From positions 1-25,523 of the forward strand of contig CAWFOU010000010.1 in assembly GCA_963817525.1 (NCBI GenBank): 25,523 nt of DNA. Reading direction: 5' to 3'. The position numbers and the translations under genes were made by a program. Every line of letters begins with the position of its first letter. Position 1 is the first letter of the stretch. Below are positions 8,631-17,157 of this stretch, in pieces. This DNA is from an uncultured archaeon. Lineage in GTDB: Archaea > Thermoproteota > Nitrososphaeria > Nitrososphaerales > Gagatemarchaeaceae. The notes under the pieces are model-generated. The model saw only the letters and a list, made by a program, of their open reading frames with translations. It was not told where the DNA came from and did not search any database.

Positions 8631-8664
8631 GCAATCGCGATATTTCACTCCTCACCGTAGAAGA

Positions 8665-8705
8665 AGTTAAAAGGCTTATATCCTCTGCCCGACCCACCGA
8701 ACCCA
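8665..8705 (+). promoter_or_regulatory. Archaeal BRE/TATA promoter of tes (probably leaderless transcript)
   Basis: AAAAGG-CTTATAT with the TATA box starting 31 nt upstream of ATG 8706. Confidence 0.65.
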
Positions 8706-10379
8706 ATGGCACAGATTGTTGACATCTCCCTAGACCTAAGGAAGGAAAGTGCAAAGGGTAGATTCATTCGACAGACGCAGTCCATTTGCCCAGACTGCAA
8801 CAAGATACTCCCGGCGATAGTTTTCGAGCGCGATAACAAGGTCTTCATGACCAAGACGTGCCCAGAGCACGGAGAGACAGAGGAGCTATACTTCGGCGAC
8901 TACCAGATGTACGCGAAGTTCGCCCGCTTCTGGAAGGACGGGAAGGGGACCCATGCGCCCAACGTGCCCATGGACGTCTGCTCCTGCCCGGCCAACTGCG
9001 GATTATGCTCCAATCACCTCTCCCACACGGGCCTGTCCAACATCATCATCACGAACAGGTGCGACCTGACGTGCTGGTACTGCTTCTTCTACGTCAAGAA
9101 GGGTCTCGAGGGCGCATACGTCTACGAGCCCACGATGGACCAGGTGAGGGAGATGGCCAGGACGCTCAAGTCCGAGAGGCCAGTCCCAGGTAACTCGGTC
9201 CAGCTCACAGGCGGCGAGCCGACCATCCGCCCGGAGCTCCCGGAGATCATCAGAATGATGCACGAGGAGGGCATCGACCACGTCCAGCTCAACACGAACG
9301 GCATCAACCTTGCGCTAGACCCGTCCCTCGCGGGGCGGCTACACGAGGCAGGTGTCTCCAACCTCTACATGTCGTTCGACGGCACTAGCCCGAAGACAAA
9401 CCCCAAGAACCACTGGGAGGCGCCCTACACGCTCGAGGCGTGCAGGAAGAACAACATCGGCGTCGTTCTCGTCCCGACTGTCATCAAGACTGTAAACGAC
9501 CATGAGCTCGGCTCGATCATCGACTTTGGGCACAAGTATCTCGGCACGGTCCACGCGGTCAACTTCCAACCAGTCTCGCTGACCGGCAGGATGACCAAGA
9601 AGGAGAGGGACAAGTACCGCATCACGATACCCGACTGCATCAAGAGGATCGAGGAGCAGACCAACGGCGACATCACGTCGGACGGCTGGTTCCCAGTCCC
9701 GTCGTGCTCTCCGCTGACGAGCTTCATCGAGGCCTTCACCAAGAAGGAGCAGTATGAGCTCTCGATACACTTCGCGTGCGGCGCGGGGACCTACGTCTTC
9801 GAGGACGCCGAGACAAAGAAGCTCGTGCCTCTGACGAACTTCGTCGACATCCAGGGGCTCATCGAGTATCTGGAGGAGAAGACGGAGGAGATCTACTCAG
9901 GCACCAACAGGTACGTGGTGGCCGGGAAGGTCCTCACCCAGATGTCCCGCTTCGTCAACAAGGAGAAGCAGCCCAAGGGCATGAGCTTCGCGAAGATGAT
10001 CACCAACGCGCTGATCAGGCACGACTACTCGGCCATCGGTGACTTCCACACGAAGAGCATGTTCATCGGCATGATGCACTTCCAAGACAAATATAATCAG
10101 GACGAGGAGAGGCTCCAACGCTGCGACATCCACTACCTCACCCCCGACCTGAGGATCATTCCCTTCTGCTCGTTCAACGTCATCCCCGAGTGGTACAGGG
10201 ACAAGATCCAGCAAAAGTACGGCCTGCCAATCGAGGCCTGGGAAGCGAAGAACGGGAAGAAGCTCGAGGACGGGCTCTACCGTGGCACCCTGAGGCGGGG
10301 CACCCACCACGCGGGCTGCGGCTGCGCGGTCGGCGAGCAGGGCGAGGAAGTCCACATCCAGCCTATCACAGGAACTTAG
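8706..10379 (+). CDS. tes: Tetraether lipid synthase (GDGT-MAS, MJ0619-type radical SAM enzyme)
   Basis: N-terminal rubredoxin-like SICPDC...KTCPEHG, CPANCGLC..H cluster motif, radical SAM CDLTCWYCF, QLTGGEPT, NFQPVSLTGR, HFACG, C-terminal RCDIHY.TPD.RIIPFC. Confidence 0.92.
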   Translation: MAQIVDISLDLRKESAKGRFIRQTQSICPDCNKILPAIVFERDNKVFMTKTCPEHGETEELYFGDYQMYAKFARFWKDGKGTHAPNVPMDVCSCPANCGLCSNHLSHTGLSNIIITNRCDLTCWYCFFYVKKGLEGAYVYEPTMDQVREMARTLKSERPVPGNSVQLTGGEPTIRPELPEIIRMMHEEGIDHVQLNTNGINLALDPSLAGRLHEAGVSNLYMSFDGTSPKTNPKNHWEAPYTLEACRKNNIGVVLVPTVIKTVNDHELGSIIDFGHKYLGTVHAVNFQPVSLTGRMTKKERDKYRITIPDCIKRIEEQTNGDITSDGWFPVPSCSPLTSFIEAFTKKEQYELSIHFACGAGTYVFEDAETKKLVPLTNFVDIQGLIEYLEEKTEEIYSGTNRYVVAGKVLTQMSRFVNKEKQPKGMSFAKMITNALIRHDYSAIGDFHTKSMFIGMMHFQDKYNQDEERLQRCDIHYLTPDLRIIPFCSFNVIPEWYRDKIQQKYGLPIEAWEAKNGKKLEDGLYRGTLRRGTHHAGCGCAVGEQGEEVHIQPITGT

Positions 10380-10440
10380 GGAATCGATACGCCGGTCAAG
10401 TTCGAAACCGGCAGCTTGCACATTATGAATGTGCTAGAAT

Positions 10441-10478
10441 TGATTCTGGAAAGACCGGACCTGGTTTCTCCAGAATCA
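10441..10478. terminator. Hairpin between convergent tes and LAGLIDADG genes
   Basis: TGATTCTGGA ... TCCAGAATCA perfect 10-bp stem. Confidence 0.45.
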
Positions 10479-10505
10479 GCGCATCAAATCAGGCTCTCGC
10501 CTACC

Positions 10506-11693
10506 CTAGGATTTAGAAAAAGAGGGAGGGGCAGGAATGAGATCTCGTCGGATTGCATGTCGAGTTAGCTGCCCGTATCTATAGCTCCCAATGATTGGAT
10601 TGAAGAGAGATAGTCGAACTGCGTCACGTGTTAGGATTCTGACTTGGCTTGGTTGATTTTGTGGATAGGTGTGAGCGTCGAGTCCTAGAGTTTCGAAGAG
10701 TTCTTTGTAAAAGGCGGAGTTCGGGACGCTAGCGATTTCGGCATAGTATCCATGTATATCCACATACCCATCAGAGTCGGCGAGTCCCTGAAGGAATGCT
10801 ATGATTAGACTCCTGGGACACCTCTTCATCCATGCCATGTCGAGTTTGTGAGTGCTGGTTGTCTCTCCTTCCTTCAAACCGAGACAGACCTGGAACGCCC
10901 ACGTAATGACATTGCTCGAGATCGAATTCCATCGAACCACTTTGCCATCCGATGCAATCTGGTGCGACGGGATTCCTACGCACTCCAGCGCCAACTGCAC
11001 GTACCTTAGCACTCTGAAGTTGCTCTCCCTGTGCGTCATCATAGTCGCCATTGACGTCTTGCGGTAGTGTCTTGCCCTGGGCTCGTTGTGGACATACTGC
11101 TTTCCCGCGTCTCCCACCAAGAACCCCAACAAGAACCAGAACAACTCCGCCTTGTGCTCCTGAGCCCACGCGCTCGTCAGTCCGAAGAAACGAAGTGCTT
11201 CGCTCTCCTCACTGACCGGCGGGAACTGCTTCAGGAACTCGAGAATCTCGTCATAGGAGCGGATGCGTTCTGGGACCTGCAGAGTTCTCGGGTAGGGATT
11301 GGTCGGTTTGGGCGTGCGGTCGAATATCCACTTCCGTCCTTCCAGAGGCCTTCCAATTCGCGCAGAGTTGAGGTACATCTGCACGAGGTTCGGGCGCCAG
11401 TTGAAGCCGGAGAGCGTCCTCGAGACTACCGCCTGGTCGATGCGGTGCTTTGATGCGATTGTTTTTTGTTCCTGTCCTTGTGATCTGAGCCTCCACACGT
11501 CCCCGTGCCTTTTCCACTGCGCGATGTCCCTTTCGTCGTAGACGACGTTCCAAAACTCCTCCATGAACTTCAGGTCGTTCCATGACGAGAGCTTCTCACG
11601 AAGCAGCTCTAGCTCATCGGGCGTGTACTTCGGCCAGGGCGTGCGGTCTTTCCATTCTCCCTTGCTTTTTCCGTATCCGCCTTTCCGCATCAA
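10506..11693 (-). CDS. Free-standing double-motif LAGLIDADG homing endonuclease-like protein with N-terminal HTH
   Basis: WFLLGFLVGDAG and AFLQGLADSDGYV motifs about 110 aa apart; HTH-like GQEQKTIASKHRIDQAVVSRTL; no intein splicing motifs. Confidence 0.85.
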   Translation of the reverse strand: MMRKGGYGKSKGEWKDRTPWPKYTPDELELLREKLSSWNDLKFMEEFWNVVYDERDIAQWKRHGDVWRLRSQGQEQKTIASKHRIDQAVVSRTLSGFNWRPNLVQMYLNSARIGRPLEGRKWIFDRTPKPTNPYPRTLQVPERIRSYDEILEFLKQFPPVSEESEALRFFGLTSAWAQEHKAELFWFLLGFLVGDAGKQYVHNEPRARHYRKTSMATMMTHRESNFRVLRYVQLALECVGIPSHQIASDGKVVRWNSISSNVITWAFQVCLGLKEGETTSTHKLDMAWMKRCPRSLIIAFLQGLADSDGYVDIHGYYAEIASVPNSAFYKELFETLGLDAHTYPQNQPSQVRILTRDAVRLSLFNPIIGSYRYGQLTRHAIRRDLIPAPPSFSKS

Positions 11694-11780
11694 TTCTTTT
11701 GCGCATTTCCATATTTAGTCGCCACCTACGTCGGATTGATACCGGAAAACACGCGCACTGACAGTGATGGTAATCTATCC

Positions 11781-11813
11781 TGCGGCTTCAACGTCATCCC
11801 CGAGTGGTACAGG
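11781..11813 (+). repeat. tes 3' remnant 1
   Basis: TTCAACGTCATCCCCGAGTGGTACAGG (11787-11813) is a 27-bp exact copy of 10173-10199 (FNVIPEWYR). Confidence 0.92.
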
Positions 11814-11922
11814 AATTTCCTGGCAATGCGCGAATAGCCTATTCGCATCAGACGACCAGACTGGAGAATCAGCCGGAGGTATCTACGCTTATATCTCCGG
11901 TCCTACTTCTTCGATGACTCGG

Positions 11923-12207
11923 ATGTCGTCGGACGCATCTAAGGAGGAGTCGACGGAGTGGGCGAATCGGGTCTTGGACGCGCGCATCTTCAAAGCGAAA
12001 GGGGTCTCGCCAAACTCTCGTTGGGCAAAGAACTACTCAAAGATGATGCGCGAACCTCTGAAGCCCGAAGAATGGCGCGCATTCCAGGAGAAGCTCAAGG
12101 ACCCCACTTTCGCCGAGGAATGGATGGATAAAGTGATTTCTGGATGGCATCGCCGGAGGACACCGGTCTCCTCAAGGCAACCCTCGAACAGGTCGAAGTC
12201 TCGCTAA
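11923..12207 (+). CDS. Hypothetical small protein A1 (two-gene module, copy 1)
   Basis: CTTATAT box at 11888; C-terminus KLKDPTFAEEWMDKVISGWHRRR resembles 17002-17157. Confidence 0.65.
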   Translation: MSSDASKEESTEWANRVLDARIFKAKGVSPNSRWAKNYSKMMREPLKPEEWRAFQEKLKDPTFAEEWMDKVISGWHRRRTPVSSRQPSNRSKSR

Positions 12208-12332
12208 TTCGCAGGATACCTTTCGCCGCTCTCAGACGCCCGGAAACGTTGTGGGAAGAGTTCGCAATGCTTGACACTGTCCTTGAGTTGACAATGAAGC
12301 TCGCTCTACTATCTGCTCGAGCGCGAGCCTAA
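12144..12332 (+). CDS. Hypothetical small protein B1 (two-gene module, copy 1)
   Basis: Overlaps A1; LEQVE...PETLWEEFAMLDTVLEL resembles the frameshifted ORF at 17150-17318. Confidence 0.6.
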   Translation: MASPEDTGLLKATLEQVEVSLIRRIPFAALRRPETLWEEFAMLDTVLELTMKLALLSARARA

Positions 12333-12367
12333 GGAATAGAATCTAGTCGCGAGAAATGACCGTTGCG

Positions 12368-12424
12368 TCCCCGAGTTGGCGAGCAGGGCGAGGAAGCCAT
12401 ATCCAGCCGATCACCCGGGCCTAG
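12368..12424 (+). repeat. tes 3' remnant 2
   Basis: GGCGAGCAGGGCGAGGAAG-CCATATCCAGCCGATCACCCGGGCCTAG aligns to tes 10332-10379 (GEQGEE.HIQPIT..stop). Confidence 0.9.
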
Positions 12425-12708
12425 TCGGAACGCTCTGTCCCTAGGCTAGGCCTCTCTTGAGACATCTTTGTGCCTGGTCGACGTTAGTTGTGAACAGCGA
12501 ATCGACTGCACCGCTGAAATTGGGATTCCGACCCGTATGGGTTAATAATCTGACGAGAATTTGTAACAACTGCTATATACATCCGAACGCCCACTATCGC
12601 CTATGGCGTTCCCTGCCCACGAAGAGGGGATGGGCGCGGCGAGCGCCATCAACGTCTACGGAATCGTTTCCGCCTCCAGTCGGTTGCATGAGGCGGGAAA
12701 ACTAGCCT

Positions 12709-13716
12709 TTGACTTCAAACTTCCACCAATTTCTCAAGACAACGTCCCCCCGCAAGCGTACGAGTGAATCTCGTTTGGACCGCATCGACATCAAGGTGCT
12801 CGGGGGGCTGTCCCGTGGGACTTCCAGCATTGGAAGCCAACCCGTGTTGCAAGGTGTCTTTGGGAGGATTGCGAAGAGGCTTGTTCTTGACGAAGACACC
12901 GTCAGGAAGCGAGTAGACAGATTGGAATCTGCAGGAATATTTCGAGGATGGCAACTCGTGGTCAATCCGGGCGTTCTGGGGCTCAAATTATACGGCGCCC
13001 AGGTAACGGTTAGTCCGCAGCTGGGAATACAGGACGCAGTCCGCAAGATCATGCTTGTCCAAGGTGTTACATCAATCGCCTGCGAGGTGGTCGATACGCT
13101 CGGTATTGGAATAATCTGCGAAAACGAACTTGTCTTCAGAAATAGGATCGAACTAATCTCAGAGTTGGCGGGGACGAAAGAGTTAACGACATATGCGGTG
13201 AACTACCCACAACCAGAGGTCCAGCTGAGTCGCACGGACTGGCAAGTCATCAATGCGTTCAGACCGAATCCGTTGATTCGATACTCCGAGGTGGCCGACA
13301 AGCTTGGGATTTCAAGCAGGACAGTCCAGAGGAGGCTGAAGAAGCTCGCCGTGAGCAAGGCCATCTTCTTTCGACCAATAATCGATGTCAGTCGCTTTGA
13401 GGGTGCATCGTCAGTCTCTCTCTTTGTGTCCTACGCCTCAGATGAGTTCAAACGCGAGGTTGACCGAAGCATATTCGGAAGATTCGAGGACTACATCCTT
13501 CGGGCTGGATGGGGAAGTGCAAGCCATGGCTATTTCGAGTTCATCATCCCGAACATCCATGTCGTAAAGGAGATTGTCGATTGGACCCGCAGCCTGCGGG
13601 GAGTCAAAGAATTGCGATTGAATCTCAAATACGACAGCCTTAGCCTTTACGAAAACGCGCTGGATGAAATCATTGCCAGGCAAGGTCAAGGCCCGTCGCC
13701 CCGCCGGCCGAACTGA
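12709..13716 (+). CDS. AsnC/Lrp-family transcriptional regulator with two HTH domains
   Basis: LDRIDIKVL...IAKRLVLDEDTVRKRVDRLESAG and LSRTDWQVI...YSEVADKLGISSRTVQRRLKKL. Confidence 0.88.
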   Translation: MTSNFHQFLKTTSPRKRTSESRLDRIDIKVLGGLSRGTSSIGSQPVLQGVFGRIAKRLVLDEDTVRKRVDRLESAGIFRGWQLVVNPGVLGLKLYGAQVTVSPQLGIQDAVRKIMLVQGVTSIACEVVDTLGIGIICENELVFRNRIELISELAGTKELTTYAVNYPQPEVQLSRTDWQVINAFRPNPLIRYSEVADKLGISSRTVQRRLKKLAVSKAIFFRPIIDVSRFEGASSVSLFVSYASDEFKREVDRSIFGRFEDYILRAGWGSASHGYFEFIIPNIHVVKEIVDWTRSLRGVKELRLNLKYDSLSLYENALDEIIARQGQGPSPRRPN

Positions 13717-13968
13717 AAAACTACCATTGGTCTCGTCGGCGCTGCAATGAAGACGGAGGCAGTTCGTATCCCTGCTATAGGCTCGAGTCAGCCTAGAGAG
13801 CCCCCGTGTCGGCGCCCCCCGCCTACTGGGGCTCCATGCGCTAGCACGGATAGCCTGTTCACCTAATCCGAGTCGGGGAATACGAATACCGACCCTTGTC
13901 GTGTCGGAATTCCCTACCATGTCGCGGCGAATGCATAATATCCGATTGCTCGACTTTTTTTATCACGG

Positions 13969-16491
13969 ATGACTAACGTATTACCGAAACGAAACAAGAA
14001 CGCATTTACGAAAAGCATTAAGAAAACATTAAGCAACACATCAATCCGCGCAATCGCACTAAGCCTTCTTTTCGTCGTCTCAGGGATTGGAGCGTCAGTG
14101 CTCCTCAACCCAGCCGCAGCCACGCCCAACACGGCAGCGCCCTCGGCCGCGGCCCCCGTTGCAGCCCAGCCGGCGCTGACGCAGGCGGAGGCGAATTGGG
14201 AGTTCCCGAACGGCAACGCCTTCAACCAGGACTACAACCCCCAAAGCCAGATTAACAGCTCCAACATCCAGTACCTGGGGCTGAGCTGGATCTATCCGTT
14301 GCCCACCCAGCCGACCTCCTTGTCGGCTCTGTCAGCTTTCGGCGGTGACATCGGAATGGCGATTATCATCGCCAACGGCACTGCCTTCGCAACCACGCAG
14401 TTCGACGAGACCATCGCCTTCAACGTGGCCAACGGCGACGTGCTCTGGACCTTCCTCACGCCTCTCGCGGTCAACCAGACCGCAGGCGAGTCCACAGGCC
14501 CGGTCCCGCTGCACGACCACGACGGCAACGAGTGGTTCTCTACCGCGACGTTCGGCTCCGGCGTGTCCGGCCCGACGCTGTGGTTCCAAGGAGAGAACAA
14601 CCACGTCTACGCCATCGACGCCCTCAATGGCAAACAGGAGCTGAACTTCAGCGACTTCACCGGCCTCAACATGGTGGCAGGCAACAACCCGCAGACCATA
14701 TACAACGGAATTGGCGCCTCGAACATCGTCGTCAACCCGACACTGGGCATCCTGGTGTCTGGGCATGACGCCGAATCAGACGCCGACAACGGGAGGGGCT
14801 TCTTCGCGGGATGGAACCTAAACACCAACCCGGTCACCATGAAGTGGATCACCTACGACGTTCCTCCCCAACCAGGGAGCCCAACGGCGTCGCTGAACCC
14901 CTACTTCGACCAGCAGTTGATCGCCAACATGACCACCGCGACCACCTTCTACCCTGGTGAGAACGGCTCTACCAACGGGTACACCACCCCGACGGAAGTG
15001 GCAGGAGGCCTGCTCGTCAACAACAACGACGACATCGTCGTCAACTGGAAGGCGCTGTCTCCGACTCAGCTCAACACAACCCTCTACAACGACTGGGGAC
15101 AGTCCGGCCAGACGGCCCAGTGCCTCGCCATCGACGGCGGCGGCTCTACGGGCTCCACAGGCTCCGCATGGGGCGGCGCTTGGCTCGTGGGCTCTGGCCA
15201 ATCGGCGGGGATGGTCTTCCTAGGGACGAACAACAAGGACCCGTTCACAGGGCCTTGCGACCCAGGACCTGACCTCTGGTCAGCTTCAGTCCTCGGACTC
15301 AACATCACCACCGGGCAGATAGTCTGGGGCTTCCAGGCAACCACGCACGACGTCTGGGACTACGACTGCTCCTGGTACCAAGCACTGGCCAACGTCACCC
15401 TCTCGGGCGTCAACACCGAGGTCATCCTGAAGACGTGCAAGGACGGATACCTCTTCGAGATCAATGCCGTGACTGGCAACCTCATCTGGGCGTGGGACCC
15501 ACCCGCGAACTCAGAGCAGTCAGGACCAAGCAGATGTCCAGTCTGCTACCCGATGAACCCGATGAACGCATCACAGACCGGCATCGACTTCCCATCCGCA
15601 CTCACCAACTGCTACCCAGCATACACCATCGCCTGCGACAGGGGCTCTCAGCCTCCGTTCCTCCAGTGGCCATCTGAACTGGCCGGCTTCGAGGACGAGC
15701 AGGCGTTCGACCCAGCAACCGGGGACATCTACGCCACCTCGCACGTGGTGCCCCTGTACATGGGTTACTTCGGCCTGAACGCGTCCACCTACTTCACCTC
15801 CACGGGTGAAGGAGGCGTGCCGTGTCCGAGCTGCGGAACCCTGTACGACAACGCTACACTCTGGTCAATCAACGCACAGACTGGAGCCGTCAACTGGGAC
15901 CACCAAGTTGCGAATCTGCAGGGATACCGTGGCCAGACCGACGTCAGCGGTAACGTCGTATTCAACGTCTTGTCCTCGGGCGACATCGTCATGACCAACG
16001 CCGCGACAGGCGCACTCATCAGAGACTACTACATCGGCGCGCCGATGGACCAGGGAGTGACGATCGGAGCGTCAGTAAACGGTCAGGAGTACATCCTGAC
16101 GCCGGTAGGGACGTGCAGCATCGAAGCCGTAGGGACGTGCCCTGGCACAACGCCAGGAGACATCGTGGCCCTGAGCCTGCAGAACCTCCCGCCTTCCACC
16201 GCGAGCACTAGCACAACCACAGTGACAGCAACATCCACCACTACAGCGACTTCCACAACGACAGCAGTATCCACGACCACCGCCACGGCATCGGGCGCTA
16301 CCGTCACGGTAACGACTGGAGCCAACGGGCAGACAACCACAGTCACCATGAGCGGAGTGACCTCGACGGTCACCTCCACATCCACAACATCAAGCAGCAA
16401 CACAGCGCTATACGCAGTAGCTATAGTCGCCGTGATCTTCATCATAGCTACGGGCTATCTTGCCATGCGTGGCAGGAAGCCCGCCTCCTAA
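13969..16491 (+). CDS. Membrane-anchored PQQ-dependent dehydrogenase-like beta-propeller protein
   Basis: Signal peptide; NWEFPNGN...YNPQSQINSSNIQYLGLSW, Trp-docking repeats (AFNVANGDVLW, GLNITTGQIVW, EINAVTGNLIW), FQATTHDVWDYD, KTCKDGYLF; S/T stalk and C-terminal TM with basic tail. Confidence 0.9.
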   Translation: MTNVLPKRNKNAFTKSIKKTLSNTSIRAIALSLLFVVSGIGASVLLNPAAATPNTAAPSAAAPVAAQPALTQAEANWEFPNGNAFNQDYNPQSQINSSNIQYLGLSWIYPLPTQPTSLSALSAFGGDIGMAIIIANGTAFATTQFDETIAFNVANGDVLWTFLTPLAVNQTAGESTGPVPLHDHDGNEWFSTATFGSGVSGPTLWFQGENNHVYAIDALNGKQELNFSDFTGLNMVAGNNPQTIYNGIGASNIVVNPTLGILVSGHDAESDADNGRGFFAGWNLNTNPVTMKWITYDVPPQPGSPTASLNPYFDQQLIANMTTATTFYPGENGSTNGYTTPTEVAGGLLVNNNDDIVVNWKALSPTQLNTTLYNDWGQSGQTAQCLAIDGGGSTGSTGSAWGGAWLVGSGQSAGMVFLGTNNKDPFTGPCDPGPDLWSASVLGLNITTGQIVWGFQATTHDVWDYDCSWYQALANVTLSGVNTEVILKTCKDGYLFEINAVTGNLIWAWDPPANSEQSGPSRCPVCYPMNPMNASQTGIDFPSALTNCYPAYTIACDRGSQPPFLQWPSELAGFEDEQAFDPATGDIYATSHVVPLYMGYFGLNASTYFTSTGEGGVPCPSCGTLYDNATLWSINAQTGAVNWDHQVANLQGYRGQTDVSGNVVFNVLSSGDIVMTNAATGALIRDYYIGAPMDQGVTIGASVNGQEYILTPVGTCSIEAVGTCPGTTPGDIVALSLQNLPPSTASTSTTTVTATSTTTATSTTTAVSTTTATASGATVTVTTGANGQTTTVTMSGVTSTVTSTSTTSSSNTALYAVAIVAVIFIIATGYLAMRGRKPAS

Positions 16492-16513
16492 TTTTAGGAG
16501 ATACAACAAACCA

Positions 16514-16551
16514 GGCCCCCCGACCGGGGGCATCTCCCCTTTTTGCTTTTC
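16514..16551 (+). terminator. Hairpin plus T-tract downstream of the PQQ gene
   Basis: GCCCCC-cgacc-GGGGGC followed by CTTTTTGCTTTT. Confidence 0.55.
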
Positions 16552-16695
16552 AAAAACGGCCGCCCGGGCCGGGGCACCCCGCCTTCGTCATCAGAATCGC
16601 TGGGGACCCCGAGGCCCGGGCAACTCCACGGAGTGCTCTATTAAGCTCTTGTCGACAAGCGGAAACGCTCGATGAGCTATGTCAGAGCCTTGCTG

Positions 16696-16913
16696 CCCTT
16701 CCCAACTTCAAGGTCATCCACGAGTGGTACAGGGACAAGATACAGCAAAAGTACGGCCTGCCCATCGAGGCATCGGAAGCGAAGAACGGGAAGAAGCTCG
16801 AGGACGGGCTCTACCGTGGCACTCTAAGGAGGGGCACGCACCACGCTGGCTGCGGCTGCGCTGTGGGCGAGCAGGGCGAGGAAGTCCACATCCAGCCGAT
16901 TTCGGGGACCTAG
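16696..16913 (+). pseudogene. tes 3' remnant 3 (complete last ~70 codons)
   Basis: Colinear with tes 10161-10379; encodes FKVIHEWYRDKIQQKYGLPIE...GEQGEEVHIQPISGT-stop with no start codon. Confidence 0.96.
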
Positions 16914-17001
16914 ACGGGTCGGGCCTCCCAACGCCAGAAGCCTCTCTATTTCCGTCGCTCCGGATGTGCGCTTATATTTCCCCTCCTCTTCTTTACCGAG
17001 A

Positions 17002-17157
17002 ATGAAGCGTTCAGAGCAGGAGCACATTGAGGACCTGTCATACCTCAGGGCCAAGCTCGCGCAGCCTGAACCAGAAATCGATGCGTGGCTAAACGGAATA
17101 GTGGATGCATGGATTGCCACGCGCAGGACCAAGAGGTCGCGCGCCAAGCGTGTCTGA
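17002..17157 (+). CDS. Hypothetical small protein A2 (two-gene module, copy 2)
   Basis: CTTATAT box 31 nt upstream; KLAQPEPEIDAWLNGIVDAWIATRR resembles A1. Confidence 0.65.
   Translation: MKRSEQEHIEDLSYLRAKLAQPEPEIDAWLNGIVDAWIATRRTKRSRAKRV

Noticed and set aside
10506-11693. Intein or intron in tes
   Set aside because: The endonuclease is on the opposite strand, outside the uninterrupted tes ORF, and lacks Cys/Ser start and His-Asn end motifs.
13740-13930. Possible riboswitch or ncRNA upstream of the PQQ gene
   Set aside because: Some GC stems (GAGCCCC...GGGGCTC) but no recognisable family motif; expected by chance at this GC content.
10161-16913. Diversity-generating retroelement (VR in tes tail, TR at 16696-16913)
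   Set aside because: Differences are mostly third-position synonymous and not confined to adenines, and no reverse transcriptase is present in the window.
16679-17005. 108-aa ORF similar to 10190-10516
   Set aside because: Both are off-frame readings of the tes tail sequence.
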